A DNA stretch of 64,000 bases from Isoptericola halotolerans (GTDB lineage: Bacteria; Actinomycetota; Actinomycetes; Actinomycetales; Cellulomonadaceae), in assembly GCF_013149785.1 (NCBI RefSeq), contig NZ_JABEZU010000003.1, positions 310,001 to 374,000 of the forward strand. Reading direction: 5' to 3'. Positions 8,204-19,034 of this stretch are shown here, piece after piece. How positions within the stretch are numbered: position 1 is the stretch's first letter; the number at the start of each line of letters is the position of its first letter. The notes beneath the pieces are model-generated. The model was not told where the DNA came from and searched no databases. It saw only the letters and a program-made list of their open reading frames with translations. The position numbers and the translations under genes are program-made.

Positions 8204-9226
8204 CTAGGCGTGGTCAACCCGACGCGTCGACTCCCTCACGACGAGGCGAGCGGTCGTCACCACCTCGACGGCGTCCTCACCGGACACCGCGTCCTCGATC
8301 CGACCCAGCAGCCGCTCCATGATGTGCGCCGCCATCGACTCGTTGCCCGGATCGATGGTGGTCAGGCGAGGCACCAGGTACTCGCCCTCGACGTCGTTGT
8401 CGAAGCCCACCACCTGCACCTCGTCCGGGACGCGTCGGCCCAGGTCGGCGAGCGCCCGGAGCACTCCCATGGCCGCGGCGTCCGTGAGGACCAGGACACC
8501 GTCGAACGGCACACCTTGGCCGTGCAGCCGCATCACGGCCTCATACCCGTCGGCCGTGGTGAACGGGGCGGCGTCGATCACGAGTCGGTCGTCGACGGCG
8601 AGACCAGCGCGAGCATGCGCCTGGTGGTAGCCGCGGGTACGCAGCGTGGCCATGCTGTCGACACCGCGGTCCGGGCGACCGCCGACCAGCGCGATCCTGC
8701 GTGCCCCGCCCTGGATCAGGTGGGTGACCGCCAGCTCCGCACCGCCGACGTTGTCCATCATGACGTGGTCGAACGGCCCCGCCAGCCGCCGCTCTCCCAG
8801 CAGGACCACCGGGACGCCGATGCCGGCGGCCAGCACGTCGGACGTATCGAGCTGCACCGGGCTGAAGACGATGCCGTCGTAGGGTCGCACGCGATCGGAC
8901 GCGATCGCCAACAGCTCACCCTCGCGGCTGGCACCCGTGCGCTCGACGATCACGTGGTACCCCCGAGCCCTGGCCATCGTGTCGAGCCGCACCGCCAGGT
9001 GCGAGTAGTACGGGCCGTCGAGATGTGGGACCAGCAGACCGATCGCTCCGCTGCGTCCGGCCCGGAAGTGCCGGGCGGCTGCGTTGAGGCGGTAGTCGAG
9101 CCGCTGCACCGCGGCCATCACCCGGGAGCGGGTCTCCTCGCTGGCGCCAGGGCGTCCGTTGATGACGTTCGAGACCGTCATCTTGGACACTCCGGCCTCG
9201 CGGGCCACATCGCTCATCGTCACCAC
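8204..9226 (-). CDS. LacI family transcriptional regulator (likely regulator of adjacent ABC transporter)
   Basis: VTMSDVAREAGVSKMTVSNVING HTH, YRLNAAARHF, VQVVGFDN, PRLTTID; probable leaderless GTG start 7 nt after CATCAT (alternative ATG 9235). Confidence 0.93.
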   Translation of the reverse strand: MVTMSDVAREAGVSKMTVSNVINGRPGASEETRSRVMAAVQRLDYRLNAAARHFRAGRSGAIGLLVPHLDGPYYSHLAVRLDTMARARGYHVIVERTGASREGELLAIASDRVRPYDGIVFSPVQLDTSDVLAAGIGVPVVLLGERRLAGPFDHVMMDNVGGAELAVTHLIQGGARRIALVGGRPDRGVDSMATLRTRGYHQAHARAGLAVDDRLVIDAAPFTTADGYEAVMRLHGQGVPFDGVLVLTDAAAMGVLRALADLGRRVPDEVQVVGFDNDVEGEYLVPRLTTIDPGNESMAAHIMERLLGRIEDAVSGEDAVEVVTTARLVVRESTRRVDHA

Positions 9227-9384
9227 GTCGACCATGATGCCCGCTCCGTCATCCGAACGTGCGGACGGGTGACCACAGCCCGCGTCGAGAGATCGGACCG
9301 ACTCATCGGCCGGCATCACGGTCGTCAGCGGCAGCGGGTCCGTCCACGTACCGAGCACCTCCCCTCACGAAGGATCAGCATCGT

Positions 9385-10284
9385 ATGAAGAAGGTTCTCT
9401 ACTCCCAGCGTCTCGCGCCCTACTTCTTCATCCTCCCGTTCGTCCTGACCTTGCTCGTCTTCTGGCTCGTTCCGGTCGGCCGATCAGTGGTCATGAGCTT
9501 TCAGGAGGTGCTGTACGGCCAGACGACCTTCATCGGGACCGCCAACTATGAGCGGCTGGGGCGTGACCCGATCTTCTGGAAAGCGGTGTACAACAGCATG
9601 CGCTACATGCTGCTCACGCTGCTCCTCCTGATCCCCATCCCGATGGTGCTCGCGGCGATCGTCAACTCCAAATTGGGCAGCAGCCGCCTGAAGAACATCT
9701 TCAAGGCGTCCCTGTTCGTCCCGGCGCTGACCTCGGTCGTCGTCGCCGGCATCGTGTTCCGGCTCATGTTCTCCGAGACGCCCTCCGGACTGATGAACGA
9801 GGTCGTCGGATTCTTCGGGTTCGGACCCGTGCGGTGGCTGCGCGAAGACCTCACCGGCCTGGTGGCACTCCTCGCCCTCGCTGTCTGGCGGTGGGCCGGC
9901 GTCAACATGATGTACTTCCTCGCCGGGATGCAGGCCATCCCCCACGACTACTACGAGGCGGCATCGCTCGACGGCGCGAGCAAGGTCCAGCAGTTCTTCC
10001 ACGTCACCCTGCCCAACCTCAAGCCGACCATGGTGTACGTCACGACGATCAGCGTGTACGGCGGCCTGGCCATGTTCCTCGAGAGCTTCATGCTGTACGC
10101 CGGCAACAACTCGCCCAACAACCAGGGCCTGACGATCGTCGGCTACCTGTATCGCAAGGGCATCCAGGAGAACGACCTCGGGTTCGCCTCCGCCGTCGGT
10201 GTGGTGCTCCTCGTGCTGATCCTGGCCATCAACCTCACGCAGCTGACCGCGACGGGAACCTTCAAGAAGGAGTCGGTGCGATGA
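9385..10284 (+). CDS. Carbohydrate ABC transporter permease (AraP-like)
   Basis: Multiple TM helices, EAA loop YYEAASLDGAS; AAGGA RBS. Confidence 0.92.
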   Translation: MKKVLYSQRLAPYFFILPFVLTLLVFWLVPVGRSVVMSFQEVLYGQTTFIGTANYERLGRDPIFWKAVYNSMRYMLLTLLLLIPIPMVLAAIVNSKLGSSRLKNIFKASLFVPALTSVVVAGIVFRLMFSETPSGLMNEVVGFFGFGPVRWLREDLTGLVALLALAVWRWAGVNMMYFLAGMQAIPHDYYEAASLDGASKVQQFFHVTLPNLKPTMVYVTTISVYGGLAMFLESFMLYAGNNSPNNQGLTIVGYLYRKGIQENDLGFASAVGVVLLVLILAINLTQLTATGTFKKESVR

Positions 10285-11174
10285 CACTCCGGACGACCAC
10301 ACCACCCGACGCGACGCAGGGCCGACGCACGGAAGAACCCCGCCTGACCCATCGGCGCGCCTCCCTGATCCAGGCTGCCTTCCTCGTGCTGATCGCGGCC
10401 GTCGCACTGATTCCCCTCCTGGCGATATTCCTGGGCACGTTCCAGGACGGCAACGTGATCATCCGCAACGGGATCTCGTTCTCGGTCGACTTCTCGGAGC
10501 TGAGCCTCGACAACTACGTGATGCTGTTCACGGACTCAGGGCTGTACTTCCGGTGGTTCTGGAACAGCCTGATCATCACCATCGTCCAGGTGGTCGGCAC
10601 CCTGCTCGTGAGCTCTTTCGTCGCCTACGGGTTCGCGATGTACGAGTTCAAGGGGAAGAGGCTCGGCTTCATCCTGGTGCTCATCCTCATGACGGTGCCG
10701 TTCGAGATGCTGATGCTGCCGCTCTACGTCCAGGTCAACAACTTCGGTGCGGCGGACCAGTACTGGATCGTGGTGCTGCCGTTCCTGGCCCAGGCCGTGA
10801 CGATCTTCTTCTTCCGGCAGTACTTCCTCGGCGTGCCGAAGGAAGTCCTCGAGGCAGGTCGTGTGGACGGTGTCACCGAGTTCGGCATCTTCTTCCGACT
10901 CGTGGTGCCGATCGCCAAACCTGCGTTCGCCGCCATGGCGATCCTCAACGGCATGATCACCTGGAACAACTTCCTGTGGCCGCTGCTGGTGCTGCGCTCA
11001 CCCGAGAAGTTCGTCCTGCCGATCGGTCTCAACACCCTCCTGACGCCGCACGGCAACAACTACGAGCTGCTGATCATCGGCGCGTTCTTCTCGCTGATCC
11101 CCATCCTGATCCTCTTCCTGGCGTTCCAGCGGTTCTTCATCGACGGCATGACCGCCGGCGCCGTGAAGGGCTGA
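10281..11174 (+). CDS. Carbohydrate ABC transporter permease (AraQ-like)
   Basis: EVLEAGRVDG, WNNFLWPL, FQRFFIDGMTAGAVKG; ATGA overlap. Confidence 0.93.
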   Translation: MTLRTTTPPDATQGRRTEEPRLTHRRASLIQAAFLVLIAAVALIPLLAIFLGTFQDGNVIIRNGISFSVDFSELSLDNYVMLFTDSGLYFRWFWNSLIITIVQVVGTLLVSSFVAYGFAMYEFKGKRLGFILVLILMTVPFEMLMLPLYVQVNNFGAADQYWIVVLPFLAQAVTIFFFRQYFLGVPKEVLEAGRVDGVTEFGIFFRLVVPIAKPAFAAMAILNGMITWNNFLWPLLVLRSPEKFVLPIGLNTLLTPHGNNYELLIIGAFFSLIPILILFLAFQRFFIDGMTAGAVKG

Positions 11175-11230
11175 CACGACCGCTCCCTGGTGGACCTGAC
11201 CGCTGAACCTCTCAAGACAGGAGCAAGACG

Positions 11231-12595
11231 ATGCACATCCGAAAGACCTTGGCCACCACGATGGTGGCGGGCCTGGCCGCCACCGCGCTGGCCGCTTGCG
11301 GCAGCAACGGTGACGGTGGCAGCAGCACGTCGGACGGCGAGGTCATCGAGGGTGCCGAAGCCCCCGAAGGCGCCACCCCGCTCGACATGTGGGTGTTCGC
11401 CGAGCTTCACGCCGCCGTGTACGACGACATGGCAGTCCGGTGGAACGAGGACAACCCTGACCGACCGATCGACCTCAACATCACCGTCTACCCCTACCAG
11501 GACATGCACGACAAGCTCCTGCTCGCCGTGAACTCGGGACAGGGCGTGCCGGACCTGGTCGACATCGAGGTCAACAAGTTCTCCAGCTTCGTCAAGGGTG
11601 ACAACCCGCCGCTCGTCGACCTGACTGCGGCAGCGCAGCCGTACGTCGACGACATCGTGCCGGCACGGCTCGATCTCTACAGCCGTGACGGGCAGATCTA
11701 CGGCTACCCGACGCACGTCGGCGCCTTCGTGGCGTTCTACAACACCGAGCTCCTGGAAGGCGCCGGGATCGACTACACGACGATCGAGACGTGGGACGAC
11801 TTCGCCGCGGCCGGATCCACCTACAGCGAGGAGACGGGCAACGCCTTCAGTGTCGCGAGCACCAGCGTGTTCTTCACGGAGCCGCTGGCGATCGCCCAGC
11901 GCGGTGGCCAGCTCTTCGACGACGGTGGCCTCGGCGGCGTCGACGTGAACAACCCCGAGACCGTGGCCGCGATGCAGATGTTCCAGGACATGAAGGACGC
12001 CGGCGCGCTCTCCACGATCCCCGGAGGAAGCCCCGACTCCGAGGAGGCGTTCGGCGCCATCAACAACGGTGACTACGCGGCCATCGTCTACCCGGCGTGG
12101 TACACCTCCCGCTTCGTCGACTACATGCCTGACCTGGCCGGCAAGATCGCCATCGCCCCCGCACCGCAGACCGAGGGCTCGCCCACCCTGACGATCGGCG
12201 GCGGCGGCACCGGCACCTCGGTCCCGGTCGGCTCGGAGCACGAAGAGCTGGCCACCGACTACCTCGCCTACGCCAAGCTCTCGCTCGACGCCAACATCGC
12301 GGTGTGGGAGGTGCTCGGCTTCGACCCGGTGAACATGACGGTGTGGGAGGACGAGGCGATCACGCACAACCCGGACAACAAGTTCAACGAGTACTTCCAG
12401 ACGAACCTGTTCGACGTGCTGAACTCGGTGCAGGGCGGGATCGGCCACTTCGAGTCGTTCGCCAACGAGGACCTGCCCGCGGTCGACAACTGGTTCCGCA
12501 CAGTCACCCTGAACGAGGTGTACGAGAGCGGTACGCCGGCGCAGGACGCTCTCGATCAGGCACAGAACGACCTGCAGAACGAACTGGGTCAGTAG
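11231..12595 (+). CDS. Sugar ABC transporter substrate-binding lipoprotein, resembles Bacillus AraN (arabino-oligosaccharide binding)
   Basis: Lipobox LAAC; segment YPYQDMHDKL...GQGVPDLVDIE..KFSSFVKG...ARLDLYS..G.IYGYPTHVG recalled as AraN-like (not searched). Confidence 0.88.
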   Translation: MHIRKTLATTMVAGLAATALAACGSNGDGGSSTSDGEVIEGAEAPEGATPLDMWVFAELHAAVYDDMAVRWNEDNPDRPIDLNITVYPYQDMHDKLLLAVNSGQGVPDLVDIEVNKFSSFVKGDNPPLVDLTAAAQPYVDDIVPARLDLYSRDGQIYGYPTHVGAFVAFYNTELLEGAGIDYTTIETWDDFAAAGSTYSEETGNAFSVASTSVFFTEPLAIAQRGGQLFDDGGLGGVDVNNPETVAAMQMFQDMKDAGALSTIPGGSPDSEEAFGAINNGDYAAIVYPAWYTSRFVDYMPDLAGKIAIAPAPQTEGSPTLTIGGGGTGTSVPVGSEHEELATDYLAYAKLSLDANIAVWEVLGFDPVNMTVWEDEAITHNPDNKFNEYFQTNLFDVLNSVQGGIGHFESFANEDLPAVDNWFRTVTLNEVYESGTPAQDALDQAQNDLQNELGQ

Positions 12596-12614
12596 ACCTT
12601 CTGCACCGACCAGC

Positions 12615-12656
12615 GCACGGGCGGAGCGGCCGAGAACGATGCCGCTCCGCCCGTGC
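12615..12656. terminator. 16-bp stem-loop between convergent SBP gene and ribH
   Basis: GCACGGGCGGAGCGGC-N10-GCCGCTCCGCCCGTGC. Confidence 0.7.
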
Positions 12657-12739
12657 CGCACCACCACCGGAGCAGCGTTGGCGCGGGACACGCGGGCCCC
12701 TGCGTGCGGAGCGTCTACCTGGCGCGTGCCGGGGCCCGC

Positions 12740-13234
12740 TCAGGTCGCTCGGCGCGCAGCGACCGGGCGCAGCGACCTCACGACGTGCGCCGTCGCGAGC
12801 GCCGCCGCCGTCGCCTCGTAGCCCTTGTCCTCGTGCGACCCGGCCAGCCCTGCACGGTCCAGCGCCTGCGCCTCGTCGTCGCACGTGAGCAGACCGAACC
12901 CCACGGGGACCGTGTGGTCGAGCGCCACGCGGTTCAGCCCGTCGGTGGCAGCGGCGCAGACGTACTCGAAGTGGGGCGTGCCGCCACGGATCACGACGCC
13001 GAGCGCCACGACGGCGTCGAAGCCGGCCGCCGCCGCGGCCTGGGCGGCCACGGGCAGCTCGAACGACCCCGGCACCCGCAGCACCTCGGGCTCGACCGAG
13101 TGGTCCGCGCAGGCCCGCCGGGCGCCGTCGAGCAGCCCGTCCATCACGGTCTCGTGCCAGGAGGCGGCGATCACGGCCACCCGCAGGTCCGAGCTGTCCA
13201 CGGCGTGCGTGGCCGGTGCTCCCGCCCCGCTCAT
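12740..13234 (-). CDS. ribH: 6,7-dimethyl-8-ribityllumazine synthase
   Basis: MSGAGAP start, [31 protein letters not shown] overlap with ribBA. Confidence 0.95.
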   Translation of the reverse strand: MSGAGAPATHAVDSSDLRVAVIAASWHETVMDGLLDGARRACADHSVEPEVLRVPGSFELPVAAQAAAAAGFDAVVALGVVIRGGTPHFEYVCAAATDGLNRVALDHTVPVGFGLLTCDDEAQALDRAGLAGSHEDKGYEATAAALATAHVVRSLRPVAARRAT

Positions 13235-14595
13235 CGCGCACCCTCGCATGCCGTCGTCATCTCGTTCATGGCTTCTCCTTCAGGTTGGACTCGAGGGTGA
13301 AGGTCGGCCCGCATCGAAGGCTCGACCTGAGGGTCAAGGTCGGGCAGGTCGTGCCCCATGCGGTCACGCTTGGTGCGCAGGTACGCGACATTGTCCGGCA
13401 CGGGGTGGATCGCCAGCGGGACCCTCTCGGTCACCGCCACTCCCCCGGCGCGCAGGCCGTCGACCTTGGCCGGGTTGTTGGTCAGCAGCCGCACGTCGGA
13501 CACGCCGAGATCACGCAGCACGTGCGCGGCGGCGGTGTACTCGCGCGAGTCCACGGGCAGTCCCTGGGCGAGGTTCGCGTCGATGGTGTCGTGCCCGCCG
13601 TCCTGGAGGCTGTAGGCGGTGAGCTTGGCCACCAGACCGATCCCTCGGCCCTCGTGCCCGCGCAGGTAGACCACCACGCCGCGACCGGCCTCCTGGACCG
13701 CCCGCAGCGAGGCGTCGAGCTGGGGCCCGCAGTCGCAGCGCAGCGAGCCGAAGGCGTCGCCGGTGAGGCACTCCGAGTGCACCCGGGTCAGCACCGGGTC
13801 CCCGGCGTCCAGGTCGGCGAGCGACCCGGCCACGAGCGCGACGTGCTCGTCACCGGTGACGCGGTCGCGGTACCCGACCGCCGTGAGCTCGCCGTGCCGG
13901 GTGGGCAGCCGGGTCACCGCGAGGCGGTCCACGAGCGACTCCGTGGCCCGCCGGTAGGCGGCCAGGTCGGCGACGCTGATCAGCTCGAGGCCGTGCTCGG
14001 CCGCGAAGTCGCGCAGGGCGGGCCTGCGCATCATGGTGCCGTCGTCGTGGGTGAGCTCCGCCAGGACCCCGGCGCTCCCCCGGCCCGCCAGGCGAGCCAG
14101 GTCGACGGCGGACTCGGTGTGCCCGCGACGCACCAGCACCCCGCCGTCGTGCGCGCGCAGCGGCAGCACGTGACCGGGCCGCGTCAGTGCGGAGGGGGAC
14201 GCTGTCGGGTCGGCGAGGACCCGCGCGGTCCGCGCCCGGTCCGCACCCGAGATGCCGGTCGAGACGCCCTCGGCGGCGTCGACGGTGACCGTGTACGCGG
14301 TGCGGAAGGCGTCGCGGTTGTCGGTCACCATGAGCGGCAGCGCGAGCCGGTCGAGCGTGGCGCCGTCCGCGGCGACACAGATCAGGCCGCTGGTGTGCCG
14401 CACGGTGAACCCCATGAGCTCGGGGGTCGCGGCCTCGGCGGCGAAGATCAGGTCGCCCTCGTTCTCCCGGTGCTCGTCGTCGACCACGACGACGGCCCGC
14501 CCGGCGGCCACGGCGGCCAGGGCGCGCTCGACCCGCTCCACCAGGTCGACGTCGGCACCCGTCCCGCGCACGACGCCGTTCATGGCGCCCTTCAT
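13231..14595 (-). CDS. ribBA: Bifunctional DHBP synthase / GTP cyclohydrolase II
   Basis: [49 protein letters not shown]. Confidence 0.95.
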   Translation of the reverse strand: MKGAMNGVVRGTGADVDLVERVERALAAVAAGRAVVVVDDEHRENEGDLIFAAEAATPELMGFTVRHTSGLICVAADGATLDRLALPLMVTDNRDAFRTAYTVTVDAAEGVSTGISGADRARTARVLADPTASPSALTRPGHVLPLRAHDGGVLVRRGHTESAVDLARLAGRGSAGVLAELTHDDGTMMRRPALRDFAAEHGLELISVADLAAYRRATESLVDRLAVTRLPTRHGELTAVGYRDRVTGDEHVALVAGSLADLDAGDPVLTRVHSECLTGDAFGSLRCDCGPQLDASLRAVQEAGRGVVVYLRGHEGRGIGLVAKLTAYSLQDGGHDTIDANLAQGLPVDSREYTAAAHVLRDLGVSDVRLLTNNPAKVDGLRAGGVAVTERVPLAIHPVPDNVAYLRTKRDRMGHDLPDLDPQVEPSMRADLHPRVQPEGEAMNEMTTACEGAR

Positions 14596-15194
14596 GACGT
14601 CGCTCCGGACGTCGCCAGCAGCCGTTCGACGTGCCGGGCCAGCACGTCGGTCTCCAGGTTGACCTGGTCGCCCACCGCCCGGGCCCCCAGGGTGGTCCGG
14701 GCGAGCGTCTCCGGGATGAGGCTCACGGCGAAACGGTCGGCCCCGGCGTCGACGACGGTGAGCGACACGCCGTCCACCGCGATCGACCCCTTGGTGACGA
14801 CATAGCGGGCGAGCTCCGCAGGAAGAGAGATCTCCACGACCTCCCACCGCTCGCCCGGGGTGCGCGACAGCACGGTGCCGACGCCGTCGACGTGCCCCTG
14901 CACGATGTGCCCTCCGAGGCGCCCGGTGACGGGCAGGGCGGGCTCGAGGTTCACGGGGTCACCGGCGACGAGCGCGCCGAGCGAGGTGCGCTTCAGCGTC
15001 TCGGCCATGAGGTCGGCGGTCCACGAGTCGCCGTCGAAGGCCGCGACGGTCAGGCAGCAGCCGTTGACGGCGATCGAGTCGCCCAGCCGCACGCCGTCGA
15101 GCACGTCGGTGGCCGCGACGGTCAGCCGAGCGGCGTCGGTGGTGGACTCCAGCGCTTGTACGGCGCCCAGCTCGGTGACGATTCCGGTGAACAT
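14592..15194 (-). CDS. ribE: Riboflavin synthase alpha chain
   Basis: MFTGIV start, [34 protein letters not shown]. Confidence 0.96.
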   Translation of the reverse strand: MFTGIVTELGAVQALESTTDAARLTVAATDVLDGVRLGDSIAVNGCCLTVAAFDGDSWTADLMAETLKRTSLGALVAGDPVNLEPALPVTGRLGGHIVQGHVDGVGTVLSRTPGERWEVVEISLPAELARYVVTKGSIAVDGVSLTVVDAGADRFAVSLIPETLARTTLGARAVGDQVNLETDVLARHVERLLATSGATS

Positions 15195-16297
15195 CAGGTC
15201 TCCTTCCGCGGCCGCAGAGTCAGCCGCACGTTCGTCTCGCCGGGCCCGGGGTCACCCGGTCCGTCGACAGGGTCAGGGGTGAGGACGGTGACGTCGACGA
15301 CCTCGAGGCGCACCGCCCCGGTGATGGTGTCGACGCCGAGGTCGCCGACGACGGCCGGGCCGGCACCGAGGAGCACGGGTGCGACATAGGCGACGACCTC
15401 GTCGACGAGGCCCGCGCGCCAGAAGGCGGCGGCGAGCGTGGCACCGCCCTCGAGCAGGACGTGGCGCCGGTCGTGCTCCCACAGGGTCGCCAGCGCCGCA
15501 CGAGGGTCGCGGGTGCGCAGGTGCAGGGAGGCGGCGCCGTCGGGTCCGGTCGTCGCGAGCCGGGCCCCGGTCGGGACGTCCCGCAGCCCCATCACGGCAC
15601 GCAGCGGCTGGGGCCCGCGCAGCGGTGCATCGCGGACCGTGAGCGACGGGTCGTCGGCGGCCACCGTGCCGGTACCCACCAGGACGGTGTCGACCTCGGC
15701 ACGCAGCCGGTGCACGTCCGCGCGGGACGCCGTCGAGGTGATCCATCGTGAGGTGCCGTCGGCTGCGGCGGTCCGCCCGTCGAGCGTCGCGGCGAACTTC
15801 CAGGTCACGAACGGCCTGCCGAGCTCCATCGCCGCCGACCAGACCGGGTTCAGCGCGAGCGCCTCGTCGACGAGGACCCCGCCGACGACGTCGACCCCTG
15901 CGGCGCGGAGCAGCTCACCACCGCCGGTGGCTACCGGGTTGGGGTCGCTCTGGGCGTACACCACGCGGGCGATCCCGGCGTCGAGCAGCGCCTGTGCGCA
16001 CGGACCGGTGCGACCGGTGTGGGCGCACGGCTCGAGGGTGACGACGGCGGTGGCACCGCGCAGCGCGTCCGGACCGACCGCGTCACGCGCGTTCGCCAGG
16101 GCTGCGGCCTCGGCATGGGGCGTCCCGGCGCCGCGGTGGAGACCCTCGGCGATCGTGGCGCCGTCGGCGTCGAGCAGGACGCAGCCGACGCGGGGGTTGG
16201 GCCCGAGGTCGAACCCCTCGGTCGCGGCGAGCACGAGCGCGCGGCGCAGCGCCTCGTGCTCGGCCGGTGTCACGGCCGCCGTGGTGGCGGAAGTCAT
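15194..16297 (-). CDS. ribD: Bifunctional pyrimidine deaminase/reductase
   Basis: PNPRVGC, HAE, TLEPCAHTGRTGPC, KFAATLDG, SRWIT, LLEGG. Confidence 0.95.
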   Translation of the reverse strand: MTSATTAAVTPAEHEALRRALVLAATEGFDLGPNPRVGCVLLDADGATIAEGLHRGAGTPHAEAAALANARDAVGPDALRGATAVVTLEPCAHTGRTGPCAQALLDAGIARVVYAQSDPNPVATGGGELLRAAGVDVVGGVLVDEALALNPVWSAAMELGRPFVTWKFAATLDGRTAAADGTSRWITSTASRADVHRLRAEVDTVLVGTGTVAADDPSLTVRDAPLRGPQPLRAVMGLRDVPTGARLATTGPDGAASLHLRTRDPRAALATLWEHDRRHVLLEGGATLAAAFWRAGLVDEVVAYVAPVLLGAGPAVVGDLGVDTITGAVRLEVVDVTVLTPDPVDGPGDPGPGETNVRLTLRPRKET

Positions 16298-16424
16298 GTG
16301 CTGCCCCTGTCGTCCGGTCGCGGACCGCTGGGGCGTGCACGGAGTCGTCGCCGCGCACCGGGCTCGGAGCCGAGGGCTCCGCGACGTGGAGGACTCCACG
16401 CCGGCGGTGAGCGGGCGAAACCGT

Positions 16425-16553
16425 CGCGTGCGTCTTCCCATCCGGACTTTGACCGTCGGTCCAGGAGTTTCACCTGGTCAACCGGTCACTGGCTGTGACC
16501 GGGTCGCGGACTGTTACCGCCGGCTCGGATTTTCACCGACCCCAGAGCACGCG
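16425..16553 (-). ncRNA. FMN (RFN) riboswitch
   Basis: Reverse strand CGCGTGCTCTGGGGTCGGTGAAAATCCGAGCCGGCGGTAACAGTCCGCGA...GGTGAAACTCC..GACCGACGGTCAAAGTCCGGATGGGAAG..GCACGCG upstream of ribD. Confidence 0.96.
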
Positions 16554-16627
16554 AGCTGTTGCTCGTTCGTCCTGCGACGATACCGCACCACGCGGGGCCA
16601 GCGGTGCGAGGCCCGTCACACGACGGC

Positions 16628-18199
16628 TCAGCGGCGTCGGCGCTTCTCCCGCACGCGCACGCTGATCGAGATGGGCGAGCCCTCGAACCCGAAGGCCTCG
16701 CGCAGACGGCGCTCGATGAACCGGCGGTAGCCGGCCTCGATGAACCCCGTGGCGAACAGCACGAACCGCGGCGGGCGGGTGGAGGCCTGCGTGGCGAACA
16801 GGATGCGCGGCTGCTTCCCGCCGCGTACCGGGTGCGGGTGGGCGGCCACCAGCTCACCGAGGAAGCCGTTGAGCCGGCCCGTCGGGATGCGGGTGTCCCA
16901 CGAGTCCAGGGCGGTCTCCAGAGCCCTGACCAGCTTGTCCGTGTGCCAGCCCGTCCGGGCCGAGACGTTGACCCGCGGCGCCCAGGTGACCTGGACGAGA
17001 TCGCGCTCGATCTCGCGCTCCAGGAAGGGCCGGCGGTCCTCGTCCATGAGGTCCCACTTGTTGTAGGCGATGACCACGGCACGGCCGGCGTCCACCGCCT
17101 GAGAGATGACGCGGGTGTCCTGCTCGGTGAGCGGCACCGACGCGTCCACCAGGACGACAGCGACCTCCGCCTTCTCGATGGCGGCCTGCGTCCGCAGCGA
17201 GGCGTAGAAGTCGGCGCCGCTGGTCTGGTGCACACGCCGCCGGATGCCGGCGGTGTCGACGAACCAGTACGGGATGCCCTTGATCTCCACGAGCTCGTCG
17301 ACGGGGTCGCGCGTCGTGCCGGCGGTCTCGTCGACCACCACCCGCTCGGCGCCGGCGATCTTGTTCAGCAGCGACGACTTGCCGACGTTGGGCCGTCCGA
17401 CCAGGGCGACGCGACGCGGCCCCTCGGGGCGCAGCGTGCCGTGCTCGGAGTGCTCGGGCAGGGCGGCCACGACCGCGTCGAGCAGGTCGCCCGTCCCCCG
17501 GCCGTGCAGCGCCGAGACCGGCCGCGGCTCGCCGAGCCCGAGCGCCCACAGGTAGGAGGCGTCCGCCTCTCCTGCCGGCCCGTCGACCTTGTTGGCGCAC
17601 AGGATCACGGGCTTGCCCGAGCGCCGCAGCATCTCGACGACCCGCTCGTCGCTCGCGGTCGCCCCCACCTGGGCGTCCACCACGAAGACGACCGCATCCG
17701 CGAGCGAGACCGCGACCTCGGCCTGCTCGGCCACCTTCGACTCGATCCCGGCGACGTCGACCTCCCAGCCGCCGGTGTCGACCAGGGTGAAGTGCGTGCC
17801 GGACCACTCCGCGGGGTAGCTGACCCGGTCGCGCGTCACCCCCGGCTTGTCCTCCACGACGGCCTCGCGACGGCCCAGTATCCGGTTCACGAGGGTCGAC
17901 TTGCCCACGTTCGGACGGCCGATGACAGCGAGTACCGGCAGGGCACGCTCGGCCGGGCTCAGGCCCTCGTCGTCCCACTCGTCGGACAGCAGCTGCCGGT
18001 CGGACTCGTCGAGCTCGAAGTCCTCCAGGCCGGCGCGCAGGGCGCGCTCGCGCGCCTCGTCGTCCTCGAAGTCGTCGAGGGAGTCGAGGGCGACGGGTTC
18101 GGTGGCGACGGACTCGTCGACGGCCGCAGGCTCGGGCTCGAACGGGCCGTCGATGACGTCGGCGGGAGTGTTCTCGGGGCCGTCGGCGTGGGAGGTCAT
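16628..18199 (-). CDS. der: Ribosome biogenesis GTPase Der
   Basis: Two G domains (GRPNVGKS twice, DTGG/DTAG, NKVD/NKWD); acidic N-terminal extension; start 18199 or 18208. Confidence 0.96.
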   Translation of the reverse strand: MTSHADGPENTPADVIDGPFEPEPAAVDESVATEPVALDSLDDFEDDEARERALRAGLEDFELDESDRQLLSDEWDDEGLSPAERALPVLAVIGRPNVGKSTLVNRILGRREAVVEDKPGVTRDRVSYPAEWSGTHFTLVDTGGWEVDVAGIESKVAEQAEVAVSLADAVVFVVDAQVGATASDERVVEMLRRSGKPVILCANKVDGPAGEADASYLWALGLGEPRPVSALHGRGTGDLLDAVVAALPEHSEHGTLRPEGPRRVALVGRPNVGKSSLLNKIAGAERVVVDETAGTTRDPVDELVEIKGIPYWFVDTAGIRRRVHQTSGADFYASLRTQAAIEKAEVAVVLVDASVPLTEQDTRVISQAVDAGRAVVIAYNKWDLMDEDRRPFLEREIERDLVQVTWAPRVNVSARTGWHTDKLVRALETALDSWDTRIPTGRLNGFLGELVAAHPHPVRGGKQPRILFATQASTRPPRFVLFATGFIEAGYRRFIERRLREAFGFEGSPISISVRVREKRRRR

Positions 18200-18299
18200 G
18201 GCAGTCATTCTCCCAGGTGCCGGCACGAGGGCACCACGTCGGGCCCCACGAGGCGACGAGACACGCGTCACGCCCGCACCGAGCGGTGGCAGGGCACCG

Positions 18300-18989
18300 T
18301 CAGACGGCCGCGCGCTCCACGACGGTCAGCACGGCGGCGACCGTCTGCTCCAGGTCCAGCTCGCTGGAGTCGACGGTCACCACGCCGTCGGCCGCCACGT
18401 GGAAGGTGCTGACCGTCGAGTCGTCGCGGTCACGGCGCAGCACCTGGTCGCGGGTCGCCTCGACCGAGGTCGCGTCGGCGGTGCCGTGCACCTCGAGCGA
18501 GCGCCGACGCAGGCGGGCCTCCTCGCTCGCCGTGAGCAGCACCCGGGCGTCGGCGTCCGGAGCGACGACCGTCGTGATGTCCCGACCCTCGGCGACGATC
18601 CCGCGACCGCCGGAGAACCCGCTGTCGCCCTCCCCCGCGATGATCTCGCGCTGACGCCGCCGGAGCTCGTCGCGCACCTCGAGGTTCGTCGCGACCTGCG
18701 AGACCGCCGCGGTCACGTCGGTGGTCCTGATCGCCGCGGCGACGTCCTCACCGTCCAGGGTGACCCCGGGTGCGGCGGGGTCCACTCCCATCACCAGCGG
18801 CATCGACCTCACGGCAGCCGCGACCGCGGCGGCGTCCTCGAGCGGGACGCCCGTGCGCACGCACCACAGCGTCGCGGCCCGGTACATCGCCCCGGTGTCG
18901 AGGTAGGCCAGGCCGAGCCGGGCGGCGACCGCCTTGCTGACGCTGGACTTGCCGGACCCGGACGGGCCGTCGACGGCGATGGTGACCAC
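18300..18989 (-). CDS. cmk: Cytidylate kinase
   Basis: [31 protein letters not shown]. Confidence 0.96.
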   Translation of the reverse strand: MVTIAVDGPSGSGKSSVSKAVAARLGLAYLDTGAMYRAATLWCVRTGVPLEDAAAVAAAVRSMPLVMGVDPAAPGVTLDGEDVAAAIRTTDVTAAVSQVATNLEVRDELRRRQREIIAGEGDSGFSGGRGIVAEGRDITTVVAPDADARVLLTASEEARLRRRSLEVHGTADATSVEATRDQVLRRDRDDSTVSTFHVAADGVVTVDSSELDLEQTVAAVLTVVERAAV

Positions 18990-19034
18990 AGGTGCTCGCT
19001 CTCGTTCGCTGAAGGGTGGGGCGCGGGGGAAAAT

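Noticed and set aside
9286..9295. CGAGAGATCG equal to half of the 4906-4927 palindrome
   Set aside because: Only a 10-bp half-site without its partner; not enough to claim cross-regulation.
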